A DNA stretch of 64,000 nucleotides. Origin: an uncultured Gemmatimonadales bacterium (lineage in GTDB: Bacteria; Gemmatimonadota; Gemmatimonadetes; Gemmatimonadales; GWC2-71-9). Made by a program: the position numbers and the translations under genes. This document shows, piece by piece, positions 1-10,665 of the stretch. Position 1 is the stretch's first letter, and each line of letters starts with the position of its first letter. The stretch spans positions 270,216 to 334,215 of the forward strand of contig CAWCVB010000001.1 of NCBI GenBank assembly GCA_963798915.1. Direction: 5' to 3'. The notes below the pieces were generated by a model that made no database searches, was not told the DNA's origin, and worked only from the letters and a program-made list of their open reading frames with translations.

Positions 1-224
1 TAGACTGGCGGCGATTCGGCACCGAGCTCGATTTCGCCGTCGATGTTCATCATCTCGAGATAGCCCGGGATGGTCAACGTGGCGCGCACCGGCAAGGTCT
101 CGGTGCCGGTCAGCGATCCTTGCTCGAGCCCGGCCGCCACGGCTCGTTCGATCTCGCGCTGGGCCGTGATCCCGAAACGCTTGAGAAACTTGCGAAGTTC
201 GAGATTGAAATGTTCGTCGTTCAT
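1..224 (-). CDS. Small conserved protein, DUF6494-like (stop codon falls at the window edge)
   Basis: Hand translation from ATG at 224: MNDEHFNLELRKFLKRFGITAQREIERAVAAG...LPVRATLTIPG...IDGEIELG. Resembles DUF6494 from recall. Not in the ORF track because it runs off the edge. Confidence 0.7.
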   Translation of the reverse strand, partial: MNDEHFNLELRKFLKRFGITAQREIERAVAAGLEQGSLTGTETLPVRATLTIPGYLEMMNIDGEIELGAESPPV

Positions 225-230
225 GGGGAT

Positions 231-339
231 GGGGGGTTAGGGGTTGGGGGTTGGGGGTTGGGGGTTGGGGATTAGGGATTAGGGACTCCGAATGTTATTC
301 TCGCTCAACCCTGATCCCCAACCCCTGGCCCCAGGCCCC
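231..339. repeat. Heptamer micro-repeats (GGGGTTG/GGGATTA)n with inverted CCCC-rich copies in a divergent promoter region
   Basis: G-rich tandem run at 231-285, then caaccc/ccccaacccc/ccccaggcccc at 306-339. Confidence 0.85.
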
Positions 340-1338
340 ATGCTCTTCGTAGACAACGACAATGTCACCGATGCGCGACTCAACCTCGCCCTCGAGGAGT
401 ACGTCCTCCGCAACAAGATGACCGAGGAGGATATCCTCCTTTTCTACGTGAACAGCCCTTCCATCATCATCGGGCGGAACCAGAACACCATCGAAGAGAT
501 CGACTCCGACGTGGTGGCGGCACGGGGCATCCAGGTGGTGCGGCGCATCTCCGGTGGCGGCGCGGTGTACCACGATCTGGGCAATCTCAATTTCAGCTTC
601 ATGACCCGGGACGTCCACGGCCGCTTCAACCGCTACGATACGTTCAATGGACCGGTGGTCGAGGTGCTCCGGAGCCTGGGCGTGCCGGCCGAACTGAGCG
701 GCCGGAACGACATTCTGGCCGGCGGGCGAAAGATCTCAGGCAACGCGCAGTTTGCAAGCGCCGGGCGGATGTTCAGCCACGGCACTCTGCTGCTCGACGC
801 CAATCTCGACGATGTCACGGCGGCGCTCCGGCCCAAACCGGGCAAACTGGAATCCAAGGCGATGAAGTCGGTCCGCAGCCGGGTGGCCAACATCAGCGAG
901 TTCCTGACGTCGCCGCTCGATGTGCGTGAGCTCCGCGAGCTGATCATCGAGCGCATCTTCGGCAGCCGTGACCGGCGCCGCATATCGCTGGTCACCCTCA
1001 GCGAGGAGGACCGCGCCGGTGTGCGCCAGCTTTTCGCCGAGCGGTACGACAGCTGGGACTGGAACTACGGCCAGAGCCCGCCGTCCAACCTGCAGCGGGC
1101 CCAGCGGTTTGGCGGCGGCGAGATCGACATGCGGCTGGACCTGCAGGAGGGCCGGATTGCAGCCATCCGCCTGTTTGGCGATTACATGGGCAGCGGCGAC
1201 GTGGCCGAGGTGGAGAAACGGCTCATCGGTCTGCCTTACGACCGCGAGGCTATTGCCTCGGCGCTTGCCGACGTCGACCTCGGGAAGTATTTCGGGAAGA
1301 TCGAGCGTGGGGAGGTCCTGAGCGTCATCTGTCCGTAA
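340..1338 (+). CDS. lplA: Lipoate-protein ligase A
   Basis: NLALEEY, IIIGRNQN, VVRRISGGGAVYHDLGNLNFSF, GRNDI...KISGNAQ, HGTLL, KSVRSRVANI and WDWNYG motifs. Start taken at the second Met (340), after the repeat tract. Confidence 0.93.
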   Translation: MLFVDNDNVTDARLNLALEEYVLRNKMTEEDILLFYVNSPSIIIGRNQNTIEEIDSDVVAARGIQVVRRISGGGAVYHDLGNLNFSFMTRDVHGRFNRYDTFNGPVVEVLRSLGVPAELSGRNDILAGGRKISGNAQFASAGRMFSHGTLLLDANLDDVTAALRPKPGKLESKAMKSVRSRVANISEFLTSPLDVRELRELIIERIFGSRDRRRISLVTLSEEDRAGVRQLFAERYDSWDWNYGQSPPSNLQRAQRFGGGEIDMRLDLQEGRIAAIRLFGDYMGSGDVAEVEKRLIGLPYDREAIASALADVDLGKYFGKIERGEVLSVICP

Positions 1339-1357
1339 GAGAGACGAGCGTCGAGAG

Positions 1358-1918
1358 TCAAGCGCCTGATGCTCTCGACGCGCGACGCTCGACGCTTGAC
1401 GCGTCCTCCTCGTAGCTCAACTTCCCATTTACGATCTTCGCCGCCGATGTCCACGGGTGCGGCACCGCCTTGCCGGGGCCCATGATGTGCAGCACTTCGA
1501 ACCCCGCCCACTTCAGTGCATCAGCGATCATGCTGCGGTGGCAGCGCCACCAGACCGCCTCGGCGCACATGATCGCGGTCGGGAGGGCGCAGGCGAAGTC
1601 GGCGAGCGCCATCAGCGCCGCGGCAAACGCTTCCGTTTCCATGTAGTCGGCGTAGCCCCGGAAGGCGGCGTTTCGCCAGGCCGAGTTCACCGACTCGGGC
1701 GACGTCTTCCGTCGCCCGCCGAGTTCCGGCATCCAGCAGTAATCGATCCCGGCCAGTTCGACGCTCTGCCGCAGTGCCTCCATCCCGAACTGCGGCACGC
1801 GCCGCGATCCCGGGATGCTGCGCACATCCACCAGCAGCTCGATATCGTGCTCCAGGAGCAGCGCGAGAAATTCCTCGACGCCACGCGTCGAGTGGCCGAT
1901 GGTGAATAGGGCGGGCAT
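1358..1918 (-). CDS. DUF488 family protein
   Basis: FTIGHSTR, LVDVRSIPGSRR, LGGRR and IMCAEAVWWRCHR motifs. The C-terminal tail is encoded by heptamer repeats. Confidence 0.9.
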   Translation of the reverse strand: MPALFTIGHSTRGVEEFLALLLEHDIELLVDVRSIPGSRRVPQFGMEALRQSVELAGIDYCWMPELGGRRKTSPESVNSAWRNAAFRGYADYMETEAFAAALMALADFACALPTAIMCAEAVWWRCHRSMIADALKWAGFEVLHIMGPGKAVPHPWTSAAKIVNGKLSYEEDASSVERRASRASGA

Positions 1919-1921
1919 CGT

Positions 1922-1970
1922 GGGTCGAGGGTCGAGGGTCGAGGGTCGAGGGTCGAGGGTCGAGGGTCGC
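1922..1970. repeat. (GGGTCGA)x7 tandem heptamer
   Basis: Six perfect units and one imperfect unit. The same unit recurs at 18616-18650. Confidence 0.95.
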
Positions 1971-2064
1971 GAAGATATTCCTCCTCCTCAGCGCGCCATG
2001 TGCGACCTTCGCCCCGCCTTCCCGCCGACCGTGCCCGTCTCGCCCGCCTTGCCCGCCTTGCCCG

Positions 2065-2460
2065 TCATGACAACGAGGCCGCTTTCGATATGCGGCCCCG
2101 GCGCAGCAGCCATCCGACAACTGCGCCAAGAACGGCATAGGGCAGCGCCCGGACGATCCCGAACCCCAACTCCGCAGGCCAGAGGTTGTGAGCCGACGGA
2201 TCCTGGATTCCGTCAACGACTACACGCAGCATTATCGCCATCGGAACGGCTCCTGCCGTGACTAGCAGCGCGCGCCAGAAGCGCGCCTGTCCTGTCGCCA
2301 CCAGCGCCAGCGCCAGGGCACCAACCGCAACCAGACTCCATGAGGCCAGCGCAGCGGCCAGAGTCAACTTGGAATATGGGATGCTCCAGTAGGGCAGCCC
2401 AACCAGCAGAGTCGCCGTGATGAAGGCGAGCAGGGACCACCAGTGACGTTCGCGTGGCAT
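2065..2460 (-). CDS. Hypothetical membrane protein (about 4 TM helices)
   Basis: Four hydrophobic segments and a DPSAHNLWP motif. Start at MPRERHWW. Confidence 0.7.
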   Translation of the reverse strand: MPRERHWWSLLAFITATLLVGLPYWSIPYSKLTLAAALASWSLVAVGALALALVATGQARFWRALLVTAGAVPMAIMLRVVVDGIQDPSAHNLWPAELGFGIVRALPYAVLGAVVGWLLRRGRISKAASLS

Positions 2461-2616
2461 GGTTGCTCCGGTAGGGCCGGTTGACTGGCAGCGGTCGACG
2501 GTCAACGGTCGACCCATGACGTGCGGGCGCCCGGCGGCGCGCCCCTTACGCCTTACGCCTTACGCCGTTCCATTATATATACAATTCCAGACCCCCGCAT
2601 ACCCCGGACACCGCCC

Positions 2617-4285
2617 ATGCGCACATTGCTGTCGAGCGCGGCTGCCGCCGCACTCCTGCTTCTCGCCCCGCCCCTGTCGGCCCAGGCATCCTTCACCTCC
2701 GACCCGGTGCTGCAACGGATCTGGGCCATCGGCATGGACAGCTCCCAGACCGATGCGCTGGCGCGCACCCTCTTCGATTCGCTCGGGCCCCGGCTCACTG
2801 GCTCGCCCGACCAGCGGCGTGCCAACGACTGGCTGGTCCGGATGTACAAGTCATGGGGCATCGACGCCCGGAATGAGCAGTACGGCACCTGGCGCGGATG
2901 GCGGCGTGGCTACTCGCATATCGACCTGATCTCGCCCCGCGTGCGCACCCTTGAAGGCATGATGCTCGCCTGGAGCCCTGGCACCGGCAAGCAGGACCTG
3001 ACCGCCGGCACCATCATCCTGCCGCACTTCAAGGACTCAACCGACTTCGTCGCTGGCTGCCGCAGGCCAAGGGCAAGTTTGTACTGGTCGCGCCCGGGCG
3101 GCAGACCTGCCGGCCGGCGGAGGACTGGCGGGAGAACGCGACGCCGGAATCACTCAAGCGCGCGGCCGACCAGCGGCAAGCGTCGTTGACGAGTGGCGCG
3201 ACCGGATCGCGGCCACCGGCTACAGCCTGGCGCTCGGCACCGGTTCCCTGGGCGTCCGCATGGAGCAGGCCGGCGTGGCCGGCTTCCTCACCTCGCGGCC
3301 CAAGGATGGCTGGGGCACCATCGAGATCTTCGAGACGTACGACACCATCGCGCCCGCCGTGGCGCTCTCCTGTGAAGACTACGGGCTGGTCTATCGTCTC
3401 ACGGAGGACAACCGGAACCCACAGGTGCGCATGAACCTCGACGCCGACCTGCTGGGCGAGCAGCCGGTGTTCAACACCATCGCCACCATCCCGGGCTCGA
3501 GCAAGAAGAACGAATACGTGATGCTCTCGGCCCACTTCGATTCGTGGGATGGCTCATCCGGTGCCACGGACAACGGCACCGGCACGCTCACCATGATGGA
3601 GGCGATGCGGATCCTTCGACTGGTGTATCCCCATCCCAAGCGCACCATCCTGGTGGGCCACTGGAGCAGTGAGGAGGAGGGGCTGGTCGGTTCGCGCGCC
3701 TTTACGGAAGATCATCCCGAAATCGTGAAGGGACTGCAGGTCCTGCTCAACCAGGACAACGGCACCGGGCGGATCGTGCGGGCGGGCGGCGGTGGGCTGC
3801 CGGACGCCGCAGCACACCTGGAACGCTGGATTGGGATGCTGCCGCCGATGTACAAGGAGCAGATCAATTTCGGCGGCGCTGGGCTGCCCGGTGGCGGCGG
3901 CAGCGACCACGCCTCATTCTCCTGCTATGGCGCGCCGGCTGTCGAGCTTGGCGGTCTCAGCTGGGATTACGGCAACTACACCTGGCACACCAATCGCGAT
4001 ACCTACGACAAGATTGTGTTTGACGATCTCAAGTCCAACGCCACGCTCTTTGCGATGCTCGCATACCTCGCGTCGGAAGATCCCTCGACCGTGGGACGCG
4101 AGCGGGTGGATCTCAAGGCACTCGCCGCGGCGCGGGAAGCACTGGCCGATTCCGCCCGTGCCAATCCTGCTGATTCGACGCTGGCGCGCCGGGCCGGGCT
4201 GGGCCGGGGCCGTTTCTTCCGGGTCCCGACCGAATGGCCGGAATGCCAGAAGGCACCACGCAGCACGAATCCGAGATTGAAGTAG
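2617..4285 (+). CDS. Secreted M28 family metallopeptidase (carboxypeptidase Q-like), split by two frameshifts (~3052 and ~3186)
   Basis: Signal peptide, LFDSLGPRLTGSP, SAHFDSWD, GATDNGTG, EEEGLVGS, SDHASF and TWHTNRDTYD. Frames join as FVA-WLPQAKGKFVL...-EWRDRIAATGY...MEQAG. Confidence 0.88.
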
Positions 4286-4349
4286 GGCTTGCGGTCAACA
4301 GTCGACGGTCGACGGTCGACGGTCGACGTGAAACCGACTAGGCTCCGGT

Positions 4350-4441
4350 TTGTCATCCTGAGCGAAGCGAAGGATCTGCTCACCCGTCTCCATGGCCAGG
4401 CGAATAGATCCTTCGCCCGCTTCGCGGGCTCAGGATGACAA
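4350..4441. repeat. REP-like palindromic element (TGTCATCCTGAGC...GCTCAGGATGACA) between convergent genes, flanked by inverted GTCGAC-type heptamer tracts
   Basis: Terminal inverted repeat with internal GAAGGATCT/AGATCCTTC arms. A partial second copy lies at ~18776-18840. Confidence 0.85.
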
Positions 4442-4521
4442 TTCCTCGACTCACCTCCCTCGTCCTCGTCCTCGTCCGCCGAGCCGCCCAGCCGTTGACT
4501 GTTGACCGTCGACCATCGACT

Positions 4522-5941
4522 CTACCAATGCCCCAAACGCTCCGGCATTTCCGCCAGTTCCCACGCCGTGACCGCCACTGCCGTCGCGGCCTGGGTGAGC
4601 TGCTCCGGCCTCACCCGGTCGAAGGTATCATATTGGCTGTGGTGCGTGACGCTGAAATAGTCGAGCGCGTCCTGGATGGCGAAGAATGCCGGCACGCCCG
4701 CCTCCGTGAATGACGCATGGTCGGAATCTCCTGATCGCTCGAGCGGCAGCTCGTTCACGCCGAGATCATTGAGCGGTGCGATCGCACGGGCCATCAGCGG
4801 GCGAGCGTCTTCCCGTCCCTGCAGCGCCCAGCCACGGACTTTGCCGGTGCCGAGATCGAGAACCAGCACTGCCTGGATGCTGTCCAGCTCCGCCCTGTGC
4901 GCTTCGACGTAGGCCTTGGACCCCCAGTGGCCCTCTTCCTCGCCTGAAAAGAGCACCACCCGGATGGTGCGCTTCGGGCCTGAGCCCTGAGGCCTTGATG
5001 GCGCGCAGCGCCTCCATCACCGAGGCCACGCCTGTCCCGTTGTCGGTGGCGCCGGTGCCAAGATCCCACGAGTCAATGTGCCCGCCGATGATGACGACCT
5101 CACCGGGCTTCTCGCTTCCTGGTACTTCGCCGATGGTGTTGTACTGCTGCACCGGCTGCCTGGACGTGGTGCCTGGCAGGTTGATCTCAAGTGTCACGCG
5201 TTCACCGCGAGCCGCCGAGCGCCGAAGCAGCAGATAGTCATTCCGGGACATGAAGGCATAGGGAATCTGCGGCGCCCAGCGACCGAGGCGCCAGACCGGG
5301 CCGCCGGTCATGGTCATGCCTTCGTTCTTGCCGGCGTTAGTGATGAACGCGAGGGCGCCTTCGTCTTTCATGGCCGTGGCAAGTTTCACCCGTACCGCAT
5401 CATACGCGGCGCTGTCGGGTCCGAGGGGCGGCATCTCACCGAAGGTGACGATCTTGCCCTTGAACTGGCCGAAATACCTGTCGAGCCCTGCTGTGGTCTG
5501 CGACTCCACCACCAGCAGGTCGCCGCGCACTGTCCCCTTGGTGGCAGCTGACCAGCCGGCGGCCGCCAGGGTGAGCGCCTTGCCATTCTGGGTGAGCAGG
5601 CGGGCGCTGGCCTCGCCGCGGGTCCAGGCACGGGGAAAGTCATACCCCTCTTCATGCACGTTGCTGGCACCGAACTTCGTCATGGTGCTCTCGGCCCATG
5701 CATGCGCATGCGCGATCTGCGGCGACGTGGTGAGCCGAGGCCCGATGACGTCGGCCAGGTATTCCGTCCATGCCACCGCCTGCTGATGCTCGGCCATTTC
5801 ACGGATGAGGCGCGCCGTGGCCGTCGTGTCCGACGCGGCGACTGCCGTGGCGCCGGGCCGGGAGGCCGGCGGCGGGGCCTGGGCAGCGAGGGGAGCGGCG
5901 GCGAGCGTGAGGGCGAGCAGGAGTGGGAGCTTGAGGTTCAT
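4522..5941 (-). CDS. Secreted M28 family metallopeptidase, one frameshift at ~4977
   Basis: Signal peptide, LADVIGPRLT, GGHIDSWD, GATDNGTG, GEEEG, SDHASF and HHSQYDTFD. Removing one base of the GGG at 4976-4978 restores RPKRTIR. Confidence 0.88.
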
Positions 5942-5950
5942 TAGTCCTTG

Positions 5951-6040
5951 GTCGTCAGTCGTCAGTCTTCAGTCGTCAGTCATCAGTCGTCAGTCATCAG
6001 TCGTCAGTCGTCAGTCGTCAGTCATCAGTCATCAGTCTTC
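5951..6040. repeat. (GTCGTCA/GTCATCA)n heptamer tract
   Basis: About 12-13 tandem units between two co-directional genes. A related tract with an inverted partner lies at 26526-26600. Confidence 0.9.
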
Positions 6041-6761
6041 AGCTTTCCAGCCTTCTGATCCGAATATTCCTCAGCATCAGCCGGCCGTTGTGGTCGCCCT
6101 GTACCGCGATCACGCCGCGGGGCAGCCTGCCGTAATCGACCCAGTCGGCAAACTTGCTGGCCTTGACCTTGGCCCACCAGTCGTCGCTGCCGAGCACGTA
6201 GGACAGCAGCTTGGTGCCATTGAGCCAGTGCTCCACACTGTCGCCCTTCACGACGATACGCGCTGTGTTCCACTCTCCCAGCGGATTGAGGTGGCCCGGC
6301 GGGGAGGGATAGAGTCCGTAGGCAGCGCCGGCCGAGGTGAGGCGGCTGGCTCCGTCGGGCGCGTTGGCGTCATCCAGCAACTGATACTCCGGCGCCGTCC
6401 AGTAGATGTGCTCGTACCCCTCGTTGCCACGATAGAAGATGCCGGCATTTCCACCCTTGGTCAGCTGCCAGTCCATGACCAGCTCGAAATCGCGAAATGT
6501 GTCGCGGGTGACAATATCTTCGACGCTGGAATCCTTGACGACCATCCCGCTATCCACTCGCCACCCCACCGGCGCCGAGTCGGTCTGGTACCCGCGCCAC
6601 TTATCGAGGGTCTTGCCATCGAAGAGCAGGGTCCAGCCGGAATCGCGCTGTGCCTGGGTGAGGGTATTGGGTCCGGTGGCGACGGCAGCCGCCTCAGGGG
6701 CCGGCTTGGAGCAGGCGGCTAGCGCAAATCGCAGTGAGCAGGGCGGGCAGTCGTAGTGCAT
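6039..6761 (-). CDS. DUF1080 / 3-keto-disaccharide hydrolase family lipoprotein
   Basis: LAAC lipobox, GWTLLFDGKTLDKW, DFELVMDW, GNAGIFY, PEYQLLD, GEWN, VEHWLNG and QGDH. Confidence 0.9.
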   Translation of the reverse strand: MHYDCPPCSLRFALAACSKPAPEAAAVATGPNTLTQAQRDSGWTLLFDGKTLDKWRGYQTDSAPVGWRVDSGMVVKDSSVEDIVTRDTFRDFELVMDWQLTKGGNAGIFYRGNEGYEHIYWTAPEYQLLDDANAPDGASRLTSAGAAYGLYPSPPGHLNPLGEWNTARIVVKGDSVEHWLNGTKLLSYVLGSDDWWAKVKASKFADWVDYGRLPRGVIAVQGDHNGRLMLRNIRIRRLES

Positions 6762-6823
6762 TGTGTTCCTCGAATGGAGCGTAGGCAGACGCGGGACACG
6801 CGACTCGAAACCTCGCATATCGC

Positions 6824-6917
6824 GTCACCCCGGTGAAAACCGGGGTCCATGAGGGCTTCGGTCATGGCGACTCATACCGGGTGGGCCCTCATGGATTCCT
6901 GCTTCCGCAGGAATGAC
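6824..6917. repeat. REP-like palindromic element (GTCACCCCGG...CCGGGGTCCAT...ATGGATTCC...GGAATGAC)
   Basis: Nested hairpins. The left half recurs at 10611-10642. Confidence 0.75.
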
Positions 6918-6954
6918 GGAGGGTGCGAACTGGCCCGTCGAGCCGCCGAGCCCG

Positions 6955-9129
6955 CTATTCCCCGGGATGATACACCCGCTCGGTGTGCCCCTTCAGCTGA
7001 CCCGGATAAAAGTACACCGGCCTCAGGTTCCCGCTGGCGTAGCGTTCCGTCTCATCATTGAAATGGGGCGAGGTGGGGTGCCCGCTCTCTCCCCCGGCGG
7101 TGACGGCCCGCGCCGTCACGCTGTCGCCAAATTCCACTACGGCGACGAAGCTGTTGCCGCTGGTGCCATACCACTTCTCGGTTCCGGGATAGGGCCGAGC
7201 GCCGAATGACGCCAGCGAACCCCACCGTGACGAAGTGAACGGCACCGGGCTGCTGGGCTTGGCGTCATCGAACTTCTGCACAATGAGACTGTCGTTGCGT
7301 TGGAAGCGGTTGATCTCGCCCCAGGGCGTTTTCCAGGTCCCGAACTGGCGTATGAGAAGGCGGCTGGCCTCGATCAGCGCGTCCATCCGTTCCGTCGTGG
7401 TGGCGCCATCCACCAGGTAGTCGCTGATCGACTTGCCAGCCTGGTCTGCCGCCGGGCCCACGTGCTGGGCCAGACCGGTGCCCCAGAAGACGGCCAGCGT
7501 GGTCGGCACCGACGTGGCCGACCAGCGATAGTCCCAGGAGCGAAGCGAGTCAATCTGTTCATCGAGGGTCAAGCGTCGTGGGTCATGCGCCGGCAGCGAA
7601 TCATATGACTTGATCAGCGGCGGCAGCAGCCGGGCGAAGCCAGTCAGGTAGCTGTCATACGCCGCATCGATCAGCCCCTGCACCGTGAAGTCCTTCTTGT
7701 TCTGCAGCACCCTGATCGCATGCAGCCCGCGGAAGGATTCCCCGCCCTTCTCCACGTACTTCGGAAAATCTTCCTTCTTCGGGCTGCTGGGGCCGGCCGC
7801 GGACCAGGGCCAGTTGTTGCTGTTGTAGAGCCACCCGCTCGCGGGATTGAAGACATTGGGCGACTGGTCCACCGACAGCAGCCCTTTCCAGTCGGTCCGC
7901 GGATCGCTGCCGTCGACCGGCTTGGTCCAATCAAACGACGTGTCGCGCCGAGGAATGAAGTTGGCGTGGAAGTAGGCGATGTTGCCGTCGGCGTCCGCAT
8001 AGACGGTGTTGTTGGAGCTGTTGGTGTGCAGCTCCATGATCCGGCGGAATTCCTTGAAATTCTTTGCCTTGGTCCGGGTGTATGACTGGGTCAAAGCCTT
8101 GACCGGCGCAAACATCATGGCCACGCTCACCCACTTGTCGCCTTCTTTCCGCACCACTGGCCCGTGCCGGGTGAAGTAGGCGGTGATGGTCTTGCTGGCC
8201 ATTCCGGTGTCGGTCCGGAACGGCACGGTGATCTGCCGGGTGCGGACCGGCAGCTCCTGGTCGCCGTACTGGTAGAACCACTTCCCGTCCTTCTCGGTGA
8301 CCGTTTCCAGATATTCGTCGATCGCGTCGGCCCCGGTGCTGGTGTGCATCCAGCCCAGGCGGGGGTTCCAGCCCTGATAGACGAAGAATTGTCCCCAGGT
8401 CACCGCGCCGTAGGCATTGAGCCCTTCGTCGCTGGACACCTGCAATTCAGACCGGAAGAAGAACGAGGTGTGGGGATTGATGAGGAAGAGGGCGTGATGA
8501 TCGGCCGTGTTGGACGGCGCGATGGCGATGCCGTTGGAACCGGTGGGCTCCCGGGTCCAGGATTCCAGGCTGGTGCGGCGTGGCGGCGGGCCCTGGCGCG
8601 GCTCCCCGTACATTCGGTCCAGGCCCCGGGTGCTGATCGTCTCGATGTCGCCGCCGATGCTGCCCTCACTGAATGAGAGCGCCATCCAGGGCTGGTAGTG
8701 GGCGATGACCGGCTTTACGCCGGGATGCTTGTACAGGTAGAAATTGAGCCCGTCAGCCCAGGCGTCCATCAGCTTCCGGAGCCACGCGGGGCTCCCCCTA
8801 TACATCGCCTTGAGCGAGTCGTCCTGGATGTACAGACGGGCCCGGAAATCCTGAAAGAGTGCACTCTCGCCGTCGGCCTGGGCGGTGCGGCCCAGCGCAA
8901 AGAGATAGTTGCGCTCGATCCGGTTGAAGTCATCCTCTGCCTGGGCGTAGATCATCCCGAAGACGGCGTCGGCGTCAGTCTTGCCGTGGATGTGGGCAAT
9001 GCCCCAATCATCACGGGTGATGCTGACGGCCTCTGCCTCGCGCTGCCATCGGGCCTGGTCGGCGGAGGATTGCGCGGCGAGTGGCGCGGCAATCGTGAGG
9101 AGAGACGCGACGAAGGCCAGTTTGATCAT
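6955..9129 (-). CDS. Penicillin acylase family (S45 Ntn-hydrolase; AHL-acylase/GL-7-ACA-acylase-like)
   Basis: Signal peptide from MIKLAF, ITRDDWGIAHIHG, YAQAEDDF, catalytic GSNG, INPH and NTVYADADGNIAY. Confidence 0.92.
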   Translation of the reverse strand: MIKLAFVASLLTIAAPLAAQSSADQARWQREAEAVSITRDDWGIAHIHGKTDADAVFGMIYAQAEDDFNRIERNYLFALGRTAQADGESALFQDFRARLYIQDDSLKAMYRGSPAWLRKLMDAWADGLNFYLYKHPGVKPVIAHYQPWMALSFSEGSIGGDIETISTRGLDRMYGEPRQGPPPRRTSLESWTREPTGSNGIAIAPSNTADHHALFLINPHTSFFFRSELQVSSDEGLNAYGAVTWGQFFVYQGWNPRLGWMHTSTGADAIDEYLETVTEKDGKWFYQYGDQELPVRTRQITVPFRTDTGMASKTITAYFTRHGPVVRKEGDKWVSVAMMFAPVKALTQSYTRTKAKNFKEFRRIMELHTNSSNNTVYADADGNIAYFHANFIPRRDTSFDWTKPVDGSDPRTDWKGLLSVDQSPNVFNPASGWLYNSNNWPWSAAGPSSPKKEDFPKYVEKGGESFRGLHAIRVLQNKKDFTVQGLIDAAYDSYLTGFARLLPPLIKSYDSLPAHDPRRLTLDEQIDSLRSWDYRWSATSVPTTLAVFWGTGLAQHVGPAADQAGKSISDYLVDGATTTERMDALIEASRLLIRQFGTWKTPWGEINRFQRNDSLIVQKFDDAKPSSPVPFTSSRWGSLASFGARPYPGTEKWYGTSGNSFVAVVEFGDSVTARAVTAGGESGHPTSPHFNDETERYASGNLRPVYFYPGQLKGHTERVYHPGE

Positions 9130-9259
9130 CGGGATCCCGTCTCGGAGGGGCAAAGCCAAGGCTTTGCCCCTCGCTGCGTGATGTTCGTACATGGGGAATT
9201 CAAGGGTGCGGGAATCAGGGCCATAACGCAAGTAGGGGCGACGCGTGCGTCGCCAGCGT

Positions 9260-10450
9260 TCACACCACAACCAGTTCCCGCTGGTAATCCGACGGGGTCA
9301 CGTCCAGCCCGTCGGCCCGGGCATGGGCATTGACTTCGCTTCGGACACCGATCTCACCGGGGAAGTACACACCCGGCTCGACCGAGAAGCCGGACCCGGG
9401 AAGAATGAGCCGGCTGTCGAAGCTCTCGGTATCGTCAATGGTGGGCCCGAAACCGTGGAGCCCCACCCGATCAATCGAGTGTCCGGTGCGGCAGATGGTT
9501 CGATCGGCGAAGCCGGCCCGGGCAATCACCGCCTGGGCCGCCCGATCGGCCTCGGCGCCCGCCACCGGCGTGCCGCTCGTGAGCCGGTCGCGCAGCAGGT
9601 CGAGCGCCGCATCCCGCGCATCGCGTACCACCGTCCAGATTTCGTTCGCCCGGCGCGACGGGTCGCCGATGGAGGCCATCCAGGTCTGGTCGGCGTAGAC
9701 GCCACCTGGCTCCCTGGCCCAGAGATCGAGCAGGAGGAGCGCCCCGGGAACGATCGGGAGCGACCCCGATTCCGGTGCTTCGTAATGGGCCCGCGCCGCG
9801 TTGGCGCCATAGGAGACGCTGGGGCTGGATTCGGTAACCAGTCCCACTTGCTCGAACGCCCGCAACACCCAGATGGTCAGTTCGTGCTCGGTCATCGGCT
9901 CCGCCGACCGGGACCGGTCGCCCGCCAGCCGGAACGCCTCGCGCGCGATCGCGGCCGCATGGCCGGCGGCGCGAAGGTGGCTCGCCAGGTCATGGGCCGT
10001 CCATGCAGAGCAGGTGCGGGTTACCAGGTCGGCCGAGGAGACCACGGTGGCGCCGGCGGAGCGGACCAGCTCGAGCGTGCCAGCCGGCACGTAATCGCCA
10101 TAGGGCACGTTCCCCATCGGGGAATATTCCATGGCGACCCGCTTCCCGCGCACCAGCGCGCCAAGATGCCGGCTGAGTTCGTCGCGACGGATCCAGACGA
10201 TCTTCTGCCACTCGCCGGGCCAGCCGCGCCAGAGTTCAGCATCAACCGCATGAATCAGCGCGGTCGGCGTTCCGCGGCGCGGGATCAGGACGTACTGCCG
10301 GCGACTGCCGAGCACTTCCTCACCGATCAGCGCCACAAAGATCGGATTGATGCCGCGGAAATCGAACAGCAGCCAGCCATCAATCGGGTCCGCGTTGGCG
10401 TCAAGTGCGGCGTGGACGTCTGGCAGAGCGGATGGAGTCAGCATGGGCAC
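9260..10450 (-). CDS. M24 family Xaa-Pro peptidase
   Basis: DGWLLFDFRG, LLLDLWA, YADQTW, RTGHSI, FSVEPGVY and GVRSEVN. Confidence 0.9.
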   Translation of the reverse strand: MPMLTPSALPDVHAALDANADPIDGWLLFDFRGINPIFVALIGEEVLGSRRQYVLIPRRGTPTALIHAVDAELWRGWPGEWQKIVWIRRDELSRHLGALVRGKRVAMEYSPMGNVPYGDYVPAGTLELVRSAGATVVSSADLVTRTCSAWTAHDLASHLRAAGHAAAIAREAFRLAGDRSRSAEPMTEHELTIWVLRAFEQVGLVTESSPSVSYGANAARAHYEAPESGSLPIVPGALLLLDLWAREPGGVYADQTWMASIGDPSRRANEIWTVVRDARDAALDLLRDRLTSGTPVAGAEADRAAQAVIARAGFADRTICRTGHSIDRVGLHGFGPTIDDTESFDSRLILPGSGFSVEPGVYFPGEIGVRSEVNAHARADGLDVTPSDYQRELVVV

Positions 10451-10454
10451 GGGA

Positions 10455-10594
10455 AGAAAGACGGGAAGACGGGAAGACGGGAAGACGGGAGGAAGGTCGC
10501 CATGGCGTCACGAGCGCGCAAGCGCGAGACGGCGAGACGGCGAGACGGCGAGACGGCGAGACGGCGAGACGGCGAGACGGCGAGACGGCGAGAC
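10455..10594. repeat. Octamer tracts (CGGGAAGA)n and (GGCGAGAC)x8
   Basis: Eight perfect GGCGAGAC units at 10531-10594. A related (GGCGGGAA)n tract lies at 29277-29323. Confidence 0.93.
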
Positions 10595-10665
10595 GAATGT
10601 CGCCCGTGTCGTCACCCCGGTGCAAACCGGGGTCCATGAGGGGCTCGTGCGTGGCGACCACGATG

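Noticed and set aside
231..285. G-quadruplex or telomere-like (GGGTTAG/GGGATTA) tract as a special element
   Set aside because: It fits the window-wide heptamer micro-repeat class and has an inverted partner. G4 formation is possible but nothing specific supports it.
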